A stretch of 30,155 bases of DNA from Euryarchaeota archaeon UBA623 (GCA_002505325.1 DAUV01000105.1:8482-38636); one strand, 5' to 3'; shown: positions 1 through 7,896, counted from the stretch's first letter. A program made the numbers and translations. The notes: generated by a model from the letters alone, not told the origin.

Positions 1-1154
1 ACTCTGTGTCGACCAGCTTCTCCCTTCTCTTGCAGCCTCTCTGGGTCAGCCAACTCGGCCATGATGGCATCCGCCATGGAGGCCGGATCTCCCATCACGA
101 ACAGCCTGCCTACGCTCTCGTCCACCATCTCTGGCAACGGTCCGTGGTTTACTGTTACAACGGGAGTACCCGAAGCCATGGCCTCTAGCGGAATAAGGCC
201 CTGGCCTTCGTAGTAAGAAGGATAGACTACGAGGTCGACGGAGCGGAACAGCGCCGCCAATTCTTCGAAATCCATCCCAGACTCAATTGTTACCGCGTCA
301 GCCACACCGAGCAATCGAGCCTGCCTCTGTAACCGTGAGCGTAGATGCCCCCGTCCGACAATTACCAGACGGGCCTGAGGGTCTGATGAATGGACATTGG
401 CGAAGGCCCGGAGCAACAGACCGTACCCTTTCCTCGCCGCGAGACGCCCCACTGCTAGCAGCAGACGTGAGCCGCCATACTTAGATCGAATCCCTTCGTG
501 GGTTGCGATAGAATCTTCATCATCCCGATGTAGCGGCACGAACATGCTGGTATCAACGCCCCAGTGTACCACTTCACAGTCCCAGTCGGACGGTGGTGAG
601 TAGCGCGTCTCAAAGTCATGCTTAGTAGACTCGGAGTTGGCCACACACACGCTGGAGCCATGGATTGCAGCCTTCTCATAACCGGCGTAGTGCTTGGCCG
701 TCAAGAGTATCGCGAGGTCATTTGGGTTGGCCCAGACTGCCGCCTCCTTCTGCTTCGAGGCGGCAACCAAACCATCTCGTTCGCCTAGCCACGAGCCGTG
801 CAGTGAGGAGACCACCGGAGCAATGTTCTCCCGACAACTCTTGAACTGCTTGGCATTCCACGATATCATCGGGCAGTGTAGGTGGACGACATCTACTCGG
901 TCGTGAGCGTGCAGGCGCTTCAGCGCACGCATTGCACTGCGACCGTAAGAGCGTGTGAATGCCATTGGGATGGGGGCCCACCCTACACTCAGCACCTCGA
1001 CACCTTCGATTCTTGGTGCAACACCTCCTCCTGATCGGGTGATGACGGAGATTCGGTGGCCTCTAGCGGCCAGAGCGGCGGACAGGTGGTACACCGTAGA
1101 ACCCATCCCGCCCCAGCGAGGCGGATATTCGGCTGACAGCATGGCTATGTGCAT
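1..1154 (-). CDS. Glycosyltransferase family 4 (GT-B fold), 3' end truncated by the window edge; absent from the supplied ORF track
   Basis: Manual translation of the minus frame from ATG at 1154 is open to position 1. It reads MHIAMLSAEYPPRWGGMGSTVYHLSAALAARGHRISVIT...DVVHLHCP...SLHGSW...LLAVGRLAARKGYGLLLRAF...LVIVGRG...DLVVYPSYYEGQGLIPLEAMASGTPVV. The N-terminal YPP..GG motif and the C-terminal E-x7-E (EGQGLIPLE) are GT4 hallmarks. A GGGGG SD-like run lies just upstream of the ATG. Confidence 0.93.
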   Translation of the reverse strand, partial: MHIAMLSAEYPPRWGGMGSTVYHLSAALAARGHRISVITRSGGGVAPRIEGVEVLSVGWAPIPMAFTRSYGRSAMRALKRLHAHDRVDVVHLHCPMISWNAKQFKSCRENIAPVVSSLHGSWLGERDGLVAASKQKEAAVWANPNDLAILLTAKHYAGYEKAAIHGSSVCVANSESTKHDFETRYSPPSDWDCEVVHWGVDTSMFVPLHRDDEDSIATHEGIRSKYGGSRLLLAVGRLAARKGYGLLLRAFANVHSSDPQARLVIVGRGHLRSRLQRQARLLGVADAVTIESGMDFEELAALFRSVDLVVYPSYYEGQGLIPLEAMASGTPVVTVNHGPLPEMVDESVGRLFVMGDPASMADAIMAELADPERLQEKGEAGRHR

Positions 1155-1259
1155 GGTTCCCCCATATTCGGGGCTCAGCACCCGCATTTCAAGAGCGCGA
1201 CCTCTGGGCAGCGCTTCGCATTGTTCAAAACGAGGCCTTTGGTCGTCGCCTTCGATAGT

Positions 1260-1991
1260 ATGCCCGACTCTCTACCAGTTCATGTCACTGTGGTGATACC
1301 CACGCGCAATGAAGAAGCCGCCATCGTGGACACAATTCGCTCCATTCCGAATGATGGCTGGTGCGAGAAACTAGACTTCCTCATTATTGACGGCAACTCG
1401 ACCGACCGCACTAGAGAGCTCGCTGAGGGCGAGGGAGCGACTGTGTATGTCGAACCTAGGAAAGGATACGGTAGAGCGTACAAGACGGGTTTCTCAATGG
1501 CTCCAGGAGATGTCATTGTGACCATGGATGCGGACTGTACATATCCCGGCGAAGAGGTTCCTGGGCTGGTGCAGAAGTTGCTCAATGAGGATTTGCAGTG
1601 GATTACTTGCGACAGGTTGCGGCGGGCCGAGGAAGGGGCGATGCCTGGAATCCACGGCTTTGGTAATTGGGTTCTGAGTACAACTGCAAGTCTGCTCTAC
1701 TGGTACGGTGTGCATGATTCACAAAGTGGTATGTGGGTGTTCCGCAAGTCAATATTCGAGGACGAGCGCGTGCGCCCCAAGCACGATGGTATGCCACTTT
1801 CTCAGGAGTTCAAAATCAGGGCGCGCCGGTATCTGGGTAAGAAGAATACAGCTGAGGTGAGTGTTCCTTACCGACCACGTGTCGGCGAGGCAGAAATCAA
1901 CACTTGGGGGGATGGTTTGCTCAACCTACGATTCCTCTTCACCCATAGGCTAGGGCTAACCCGTCAAGTCACGCTCTGGGGCCCAGAGTAA
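1260..1991 (+). CDS. Glycosyltransferase family 2 (DPM1-like polyprenol-phosphate glycosyltransferase)
   Basis: Motifs VVIPTRNEE, IIDGNSTDRT, KGYGRA, VTMDADCTY (DxD), DSQSGMWVFR and YRPRVGE. Start moved from 1149, which would overlap the divergent GT4 start, to ATG 1260 (MPDSLPVHVTVVIP). Confidence 0.92.
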   Translation: MPDSLPVHVTVVIPTRNEEAAIVDTIRSIPNDGWCEKLDFLIIDGNSTDRTRELAEGEGATVYVEPRKGYGRAYKTGFSMAPGDVIVTMDADCTYPGEEVPGLVQKLLNEDLQWITCDRLRRAEEGAMPGIHGFGNWVLSTTASLLYWYGVHDSQSGMWVFRKSIFEDERVRPKHDGMPLSQEFKIRARRYLGKKNTAEVSVPYRPRVGEAEINTWGDGLLNLRFLFTHRLGLTRQVTLWGPE

Positions 1992-2041
1992 CAAATCTAG
2001 GCTACCCAACTACTGCCTTCGATAAGATGGACCAGTACTAG

Positions 2042-2794
2042 TCAGTACACGCCAGAGTGCTCCTGCATCCTTCCGTACCAACCGGATATGACTTGGTGAT
2101 TCTCGACTATGTCGAACCCATTCAGGCCCTGCATCGATCGAAGTATCCCGAAGTTGGCGTAGTCCGCTCCGTTAGGCTCTCTCTCCCCGAAGAAGTTCCC
2201 CTCAATCCCCTTGGACATCTCGTCCAGTTGGTACTGGAGATTCTCTCGAGGCGGGAGTTCGAACATATTCGCTCTGCTCTTGCCTACCATGCGCATGATG
2301 AAGGCCCCTAGCCATTTGTTAATCAGGCGGCTGCCAAACGAGAAGTTGTCAACTCTGGTCACGTAATCTAGGGCCTGGAGAGAGGTCCTGTACGAGGTGT
2401 AGATTACTGCGACGATAGACTTCCCTAGGATTTTGTTGGAAAAGTCCATCCATCGATCCTGCTCAAAGTCCTCGCCTATTCTCGGGAACGAGTTCGAATC
2501 ATTAGAGTCGATGTAGTGGAGGATGTAGTTCGAGTCGTTCACCTGGGTGCCATCGACGTCGACGAACACTGGAACCATGCCCCAGTCAGACCACTTCAAC
2601 TGCGTCTTGAAGGTAGGGTCGACCTCGACCTTAGAATACTCGATATCCCTCGAACCTAAGAGCGCCTTGACCTTGAAGCAGAACGGACAGGTCTCAAAGC
2701 AATACATAGTTGGGAGGCCGTTAACCACCCTTTCAGGAACCAGAACCTCCTGCACTCCCGAAGGCGGTTTCTGTTCAACGGAGACCTCTGTCAC
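2042..2794 (-). CDS. Glutaredoxin/GST-fold protein of the microsomal prostaglandin E synthase-2 (mPGES-2/PTGES2) type
   Basis: N-terminal TCPFCFKVKALL (CPFC), VEVDP, cis-Pro motif MVPV and QVNDSNYI. C-terminal PNGADYANFGILRSMQGL...GWY. Both halves match the mPGES-2 pattern as I recall it. GTG start. Confidence 0.8.
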   Translation of the reverse strand: MTEVSVEQKPPSGVQEVLVPERVVNGLPTMYCFETCPFCFKVKALLGSRDIEYSKVEVDPTFKTQLKWSDWGMVPVFVDVDGTQVNDSNYILHYIDSNDSNSFPRIGEDFEQDRWMDFSNKILGKSIVAVIYTSYRTSLQALDYVTRVDNFSFGSRLINKWLGAFIMRMVGKSRANMFELPPRENLQYQLDEMSKGIEGNFFGEREPNGADYANFGILRSMQGLNGFDIVENHQVISGWYGRMQEHSGVY

Positions 2795-2913
2795 GGCAAT
2801 GCACCATAACTAGCACTTGTGAATCCATCGAAGCGGCACTGTCATCTCTTCTTGCTGAACTAGACACTATACTTTGATTCACGTATGGCGTTGAAGAATG
2901 TCCAATCATTGAA

Positions 2914-2927
2914 CCAAGTCACTTATG
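2914..2927 (+). promoter_or_regulatory. Putative BRE/TATA box of the tandem-dockerin gene
   Basis: CCAAGTCACTTATG ends 25 nt before ATG 2953, a spacing typical of a leaderless archaeal transcript. A near-identical copy lies at 3770-3783. Confidence 0.55.
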
Positions 2928-2952
2928 TCTGGCACATCGATGGAACCTGTTC

Positions 2953-3570
2953 ATGGACCGAACAGTGGACCTAACAATCGCTGCGCTGATCTTTTTGGCT
3001 GGCACAGCAGGCCTCGTTTCCGGTGAGGATATCGGAGACGTTGAAACAACGAATGATATGGATGACGAGTCAGCTGAGGCTGCACTCATCGACGCGCGTT
3101 ACCTCCGCGGTGATGCCAACGACGATGGAAGTGTAGATCTCGGTGACTTCATTGTGATGGCACAGTACATTGCCGGATACGGCAGGGCTCCAGCCTCGAT
3201 GGTTCAGGCAGACATCAATGGCGACCGTTCAGTCGACGTGCTGGACTTGGTCATCCTGGCTGACTACCTATGGGGGGGAGACGAGTCTGATTCCGGACCT
3301 CAATCTCTGGACAGCAGCACCACTAAGGCCAGCAAGACCTCTGTGGAGGTCTGTGACAGCGAGTCTGTGCGAGTGCTACGTGGTGACGCGAACGACGATG
3401 GAAGCGTAGATATCGGCGACTTCATTGTGATGGTGCAGTATATCCTCGGTTACGGGGACGCACCTGCCTCGATGCAGGGAGCCGACATCAACGGCGACCA
3501 CACGGTCAACGTGCTCGACATAGTGATGTTAGCAGATCACCTATGGGGTGGTCAGTGCGAGCGCTGCTAA
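2953..3570 (+). CDS. Secreted or anchored protein made of two type I dockerin domains
   Basis: Hydrophobic leader (IAALIFLAGTAGLV), then two 59-aa domains. Each has paired Ca-binding loops, GDANDDGSVD(L/I)GD and ADINGD.(S/T)V(D/N)VLD, followed by helices. The protein ends in CERC. Confidence 0.88.
   Translation: MDRTVDLTIAALIFLAGTAGLVSGEDIGDVETTNDMDDESAEAALIDARYLRGDANDDGSVDLGDFIVMAQYIAGYGRAPASMVQADINGDRSVDVLDLVILADYLWGGDESDSGPQSLDSSTTKASKTSVEVCDSESVRVLRGDANDDGSVDIGDFIVMVQYILGYGDAPASMQGADINGDHTVNVLDIVMLADHLWGGQCERC
3103..3552 (+). repeat. Intragenic tandem duplication of the dockerin domain (3103-3279 and 3376-3552)
   Basis: The two 59-aa units align without gaps, 47/59 identical by manual count. 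Confidence 0.92.
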
Positions 3571-3590
3571 GCATATAGCCACACAATACG

Positions 3591-3615
3591 CTGAGTCTTC
3601 TTTGTAAGAACTCAG
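3591..3615 (+). terminator. Hairpin just downstream of the dockerin gene (possible terminator)
   Basis: CTGAGTCTT-ctttgt-AAG(A)ACTCAG forms a 9-bp stem with a single bulge, starting 20 nt after the TAA. There is no long U tract. Confidence 0.3.
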
Positions 3616-3633
3616 TGCTGCAACCAAGCGCGT

Positions 3634-3695
3634 GCCTTCGCGCCGTCTACTGCCCTCTGTTATGGGTCCCTCAAGTAGGGGACGGTTGCGAAGGC
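3634..3695. other. Long intergenic stem-loop of unknown function
   Basis: GCCTTCGCG-CCGTC pairs with GACGG(T)TGCGAAGGC (about 14 bp, one G-U pair, one bulge). It extends with TACT/AGTA and encloses an inner GCCC/GGGT hairpin. Confidence 0.45.
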
Positions 3696-3769
3696 CGCCA
3701 AATGAGATGAATAGAGAGCTCACTCACCACGCGATATCAGTGGGCTTGATGCAGAGGTGACTCAAGGAC

Positions 3770-3783
3770 CCAAGTCGCTTATG
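3770..3783 (+). promoter_or_regulatory. Putative BRE/TATA box of the microprotein gene
   Basis: CCAAGTCGCTTATG is 13/14 identical to 2914-2927 and ends 26 nt before ATG 3810. Confidence 0.55.
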
Positions 3784-3809
3784 ATGGATATGCTGATGAT
3801 TACTGCTTG

Positions 3810-4013
3810 ATGGACCGAAACCTGGACCTACAAATCGCCGCCCTGATTTTTATGAGCGGCACGCAAGCCCTAGTCTCCGGTTCCGAGGAAGGAGACGTAG
3901 GAACGACGAACGCCCTTACCCTAGTGGAGGAGGATCTCGAGGAACCGATTCCCGCCCCGAGGCCGCGTAGCACCTCGTTTCCACTGTTCCGACCCATAGG
4001 GCCGACAGTCTGA
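3810..4013 (+). CDS. 67-aa microprotein sharing its N-terminal 34 aa with the dockerin protein; Pro/Arg-rich tail
   Basis: MDRNLDLQIAALIFMSGTQALVSGSEEGDVGTTN aligns ungapped with MDRTVDLTIAALIFLAGTAGLVSGEDIGDVETTN (23/34). Nine of the identical codons differ only synonymously. It has its own promoter copy. Confidence 0.72.
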   Translation: MDRNLDLQIAALIFMSGTQALVSGSEEGDVGTTNALTLVEEDLEEPIPAPRPRSTSFPLFRPIGPTV

Positions 4014-4074
4014 GCAGGAAATGTCCAACCATCTAACCAACCGCTTGATATTCTCCAAGCCGTTGGCCCTCAAC

Positions 4075-6522
4075 ATGAACCGGAGTCCACGGACTGCAAT
4101 TCTAGTACTGCTGATGATGCTGAGCTCAGGCTGCCTAGGAGCTATAGATGATATCGATGATATCGACGACGATGTCATCGATCCGATTCTTGACTGGCTT
4201 GAGGGCGAGTACCCTCGGCTGGACCTACCTACCCGTGAGCGCACCTCACCAGTGCTCGACATATACGACGAGTGCGAGATTCTGCTGACGGACCTTCAGG
4301 ACTCAATCTACAACGAGATGCTGGTCGCGCTGGACCAGCAGGCGTACTGGCACTGGGCCGGCCCCGTCTGGCGCGGCGGCTGGTTGGAAGATGATGTGAT
4401 GGTGGAGATGGATGGCGCGCCCATGGCTGCCGAAGATGGATCGGCTGATTTCGGGTCAAACACCGATGATACTAGCCGTGAGGGCGAGTACTCCGAGACC
4501 AACAACCAGGAGGAAGGCGTCGACGAGGCTGATTTTCTGAAGACCGACGGTTACCACATCTACATGCTCAACGGCAACTTGCTGGTGATTATGGGCGTCC
4601 CCGAGTTTGGCGAGCTTACACTCGAGTCCAACATGAGCGTGCAGGGCTATCCGATGCAGATGATGCTTGATGGTGACAGACTCGTCATCGCTTCTTCGAT
4701 ATACTACTGGAACCTTCCAGTCGATGATCCGCTTCGGGAACTGATGTCGGAAGAGGTCACCGTTAACTATCCTGGGGAAAAGGAGTACTCCTACACCTAC
4801 ACGCGCGTTCAGAACCTAGTGAAGTACACCGTAGTCGACATCTCCGACAGGACTACTCCAGAGGTCGAGCGTGAGATCTACATCGAGGGTAACTACCACA
4901 CCGCGAGACTGGTCGACGGGACTATGCGCTCGGTGACCCATCTGTGGACATACATCGAGGGTATGCGTACTTGGGTCTCCTTGCCTGATACCTACTGGGA
5001 GACTGATTCCGACGAGGAGAGGATGGAGATTTGGAACGAGAGCATGGAAGAGACCATCGCCGCCAATCGGGCCATCATAGACGATTTGACCCTAGATGAC
5101 TTCGCCCCACACATCTACGAGGTTGGAGAAGACGGCTTGTTCCAGCATCCGATTAGTTCGGGCGACTGTAGCGAGTACTCGGCCAGCGCTGACAGTGCCG
5201 GTCGAGGATTCTCGACCATCATGACAATCCAGATGCTAAGTGACGACTCTGAAATGGAAGTTGACCACATCACATCCTCGTGGGCACACGTATACGCATC
5301 TCAGGACGTCATGGTGTTAGCAGAACCGGCCAACGACTGGTGGTGGTTCTGGCGTAACTTCGGTTGGGATGACGCTACTAACATACACGTCTTCGACATC
5401 AGTGATCCTTCCGAGACGACTTATGTGGCTTCAGGCAGGATTGATGGCACGGTGCAGGATCAGTTCTCGCTCTCGGAGTACAACGGGGTCATCCGTGTCG
5501 CCTCCACTGAGGACGCATGGGACCGCTGGTGGCTAGGGACCGAGGAATCGTCCGGACCAACCAACAATGTGTTCACCCTCGTCGCCATGGAGTGCATGAT
5601 TCCTGAGGGATGTGAGGGCGACTCCAGTGAGCTGATTCAGATCGGCCACGTCGGTGACATCGCCGAAGGTGAACGTATCTGGAGCGCCCGCTTCGTGGGC
5701 GACCGCGCCTACCTAGTCACCTTCCGCAACATCGATCCACTATGGGTCATCGACCTCACTGATCCGACCAATCCAGAGATACTCGGCGAACTCGAAGTTC
5801 CGGGTGTCTCGACCTACATCCACCCGGTTGATGCGAACACTCTGTTGACCATCGGTATCGGGCCAGGGATCGATGGAGAGGGGCTTGACTGGTCCGTCAC
5901 ACAGATTTCCCTATTCGATGTCAGTGATCCTACCAACCCGGTGCTCGCTGACTCACTACCACTGTCTCCGGCCTACGAGGACGATAGTTGCGATGAGTGG
6001 GGATGCGGCTGGTCGTGGTCATACTCCGAGGCCACTTACGAGCACAAAGCGTTCACCTATTGGGCGCCTGAACAGTTGCTCGCAGTACCCCTGTCCACAT
6101 ACCGTTACACCTACGACGAGGTCACCATCGACGGGCGTACATACACCTACTCCGGATATGAGTTCGTCTCAACACTCGAACTCATCGACGTAGACGTCGA
6201 GAGCGGTACTCTCAGCACCCACGGAATGGTCAACCATTCCGAGTTCTACAACGAGGACGGCCTGTCAGGCTGGTGGGGTGGTTCGACCAGTATCCGCCGA
6301 TCAATTTTCATGGGCGACTACATCTACGCCTTCTCTACCGCTGGCGCCTCAGTCCACAGAACCGACGACCTCGAGTCCATGGTCGAACTTGAGATTCCAG
6401 GATACGACGAGCCAGAGGTCTACTACTACGAAGATGAAGGCGAGGCTACCGATCCAGAGACCACCTCGTCTGATGGCGAAGACCGAGAGGAAGACGAGGA
6501 CTCCGCAACCGTAGAGGGCTAA
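4075..6522 (+). CDS. Acidic lipoprotein with a beta-propeller domain (Beta_propel/COG4880-like)
   Basis: Start moved to ATG 4075, giving MNRSPRTAILVLLMMLSSGCLG (lipobox SGC). Family-type motifs: TNNQEEGVDEADFLKTDG.HIY, DQFSLSEYNG.IRVAST, ERIWSARF.GDRAYLVTFR.IDPL.VIDL.DP..P.ILGEL..PG.S.YIHP and SIRRS.F.GDYIY. Confidence 0.88.
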   Translation: MNRSPRTAILVLLMMLSSGCLGAIDDIDDIDDDVIDPILDWLEGEYPRLDLPTRERTSPVLDIYDECEILLTDLQDSIYNEMLVALDQQAYWHWAGPVWRGGWLEDDVMVEMDGAPMAAEDGSADFGSNTDDTSREGEYSETNNQEEGVDEADFLKTDGYHIYMLNGNLLVIMGVPEFGELTLESNMSVQGYPMQMMLDGDRLVIASSIYYWNLPVDDPLRELMSEEVTVNYPGEKEYSYTYTRVQNLVKYTVVDISDRTTPEVEREIYIEGNYHTARLVDGTMRSVTHLWTYIEGMRTWVSLPDTYWETDSDEERMEIWNESMEETIAANRAIIDDLTLDDFAPHIYEVGEDGLFQHPISSGDCSEYSASADSAGRGFSTIMTIQMLSDDSEMEVDHITSSWAHVYASQDVMVLAEPANDWWWFWRNFGWDDATNIHVFDISDPSETTYVASGRIDGTVQDQFSLSEYNGVIRVASTEDAWDRWWLGTEESSGPTNNVFTLVAMECMIPEGCEGDSSELIQIGHVGDIAEGERIWSARFVGDRAYLVTFRNIDPLWVIDLTDPTNPEILGELEVPGVSTYIHPVDANTLLTIGIGPGIDGEGLDWSVTQISLFDVSDPTNPVLADSLPLSPAYEDDSCDEWGCGWSWSYSEATYEHKAFTYWAPEQLLAVPLSTYRYTYDEVTIDGRTYTYSGYEFVSTLELIDVDVESGTLSTHGMVNHSEFYNEDGLSGWWGGSTSIRRSIFMGDYIYAFSTAGASVHRTDDLESMVELEIPGYDEPEVYYYEDEGEATDPETTSSDGEDREEDEDSATVEG

Positions 6523-7896
6523 TCAAGAGAACTCCAAAGCCCGTCCGGCAGATCCAGGCGCAGCTACAGCATTGCCGCGCAGTGTGCCGCCCACATCACG
6601 TGAGTGCACCACTACTCCGTCGACGATAGTGAACATGGGCCATCCTGTTAGCACCATCTTGTCAAGTGCTGTCCAGCCGACGTGAGTCCATGTATCTGCG
6701 TCGCGGACCTCTCTGCGAGACTCCATGTCAACGAGGACGAGGTCAGCGTCCATGCCTTCGGCTAGCTTGCCCTTACCGGTCATGCCGTATACCCGGGCAG
6801 GCCCTTCGCACATCCAGCCTACCACGTCAGGCACACTGCATCTTCCGTCAGCCGCATGGGTCAACATCAGCGGTAACGAGGTCTCTACACCAGGCATACC
6901 CGAGTGCGCTTGAGGGAACCCCAGCCTCTTGTTCTCAAGCGTATGCGGAGCGTGATCAGTGGCGATGCAATCGATGGTGCCATCCCTCAGGCGCCGCCAC
7001 AACGTCTCACGGTCTTCAGCGTACCTGATTGGCGGGTTCATTACCAGTCTAGTGTCCCGCTCGGCCACGTCGTTATCGTCGAAAGTGAGGTGTTGTGGGC
7101 AGACTTCCGTGGTAAGTAGAGCGCTCTTGTTACTGGCTAACCAGTCGGCTTCGAGAGCGCTGGTCAGGTGCAGGACATGCAACCGGTGTCCGTGAGATTC
7201 TGCCAGTGCGGCTGCTCTCTGGGTAGCGATCAGAGCAGTCTCGCTGTCCCGCCACTCGGCGTGGGCGGCAACATCAGTCCTGTGAGCGAACTTGGGCCTG
7301 CGCGCGTTCAACCGATCCTCGTCCTCAGCGTGAACTGCAATGATGCCAGCGGTGCCTGCGAAAATGTCCTCGAGGTGCTGCTGCTGGTGCACCAACAGGT
7401 CCCCTGTGCTGCTGCCCATGAACACCTTGATGCCACAGATTCCAGTTGTGGCTGATGGAGCGTCGGGAGTGCCTACTGCCTGTTGTAGGTCGGCAACGTT
7501 GTTTGGAGTGGCACCGATGAAGAAACCGTGATGAGTCACCGCACTACGAGCCGCCGAGTCTAGTTTGGCTCGCATAGCTTCCATGGTAGTAGCGGCAGGG
7601 ATATTGTTCGGCATGTCTAGGAAGGAAGTGACTCCACCGGCGGCCGCAGCCCTACTGCCGCTACCAATGTCTTCCTTATCGGGCTGCCCGGGCTCACGGA
7701 AATGCACCTGAGGATCGATTGCACCCGGGAGCAGGTGCAACCCCTCACCATCAATCATGGGCTCGCCATCAAGTGGCTCTAGCCCCCCTCCCGGAGCGAC
7801 CGAGGCAATCTTCCCAGCAACTACTCGCAGGTCTCCTTGAACGATGTCACCGCCGATGACCATTGCCGAATTTCGAATCAGAAGGTCGTCAACCAC
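6523..7896 (-). CDS. pyrC: Dihydroorotase (amidohydrolase superfamily, DxQVH type)
   Basis: Motifs LPGAIDPQVHFREPG, SFLDMPNNIP, GIKVFMGSS (carbamylated Lys), VHAED, HVLHLTS, EVCPQHL, MNPPIR and ATDHAPH. Confidence 0.85.
   Translation of the reverse strand: MVDDLLIRNSAMVIGGDIVQGDLRVVAGKIASVAPGGGLEPLDGEPMIDGEGLHLLPGAIDPQVHFREPGQPDKEDIGSGSRAAAAGGVTSFLDMPNNIPAATTMEAMRAKLDSAARSAVTHHGFFIGATPNNVADLQQAVGTPDAPSATTGICGIKVFMGSSTGDLLVHQQQHLEDIFAGTAGIIAVHAEDEDRLNARRPKFAHRTDVAAHAEWRDSETALIATQRAAALAESHGHRLHVLHLTSALEADWLASNKSALLTTEVCPQHLTFDDNDVAERDTRLVMNPPIRYAEDRETLWRRLRDGTIDCIATDHAPHTLENKRLGFPQAHSGMPGVETSLPLMLTHAADGRCSVPDVVGWMCEGPARVYGMTGKGKLAEGMDADLVLVDMESRREVRDADTWTHVGWTALDKMVLTGWPMFTIVDGVVVHSRDVGGTLRGNAVAAPGSAGRALEFS

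Noticed and set aside
3541-3723. 60-aa minus-strand ORF across the dockerin intergenic gap
   Set aside because: It overlaps the dockerin 3' end, has no motif, and the nearby GGTGA abuts the GTG with no SD spacing. The stem-loops explain the region better.
4011-4150. Possible TGA readthrough or frameshift joining the microprotein to the beta-propeller gene
   Set aside because: Readthrough gives a short, featureless extension in a different frame from the beta-propeller. The latter has its own ATG, lipoprotein signal and a promoter-like box near 4038-4050. No slippery site or SECIS-like element is evident.
6520-6525. Convergent genes abutting with zero gap (also 16439/16440) or overlapping by 10 bp (27011-27020)
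   Set aside because: This is common in compact archaeal genomes and is not evidence of a special mechanism.
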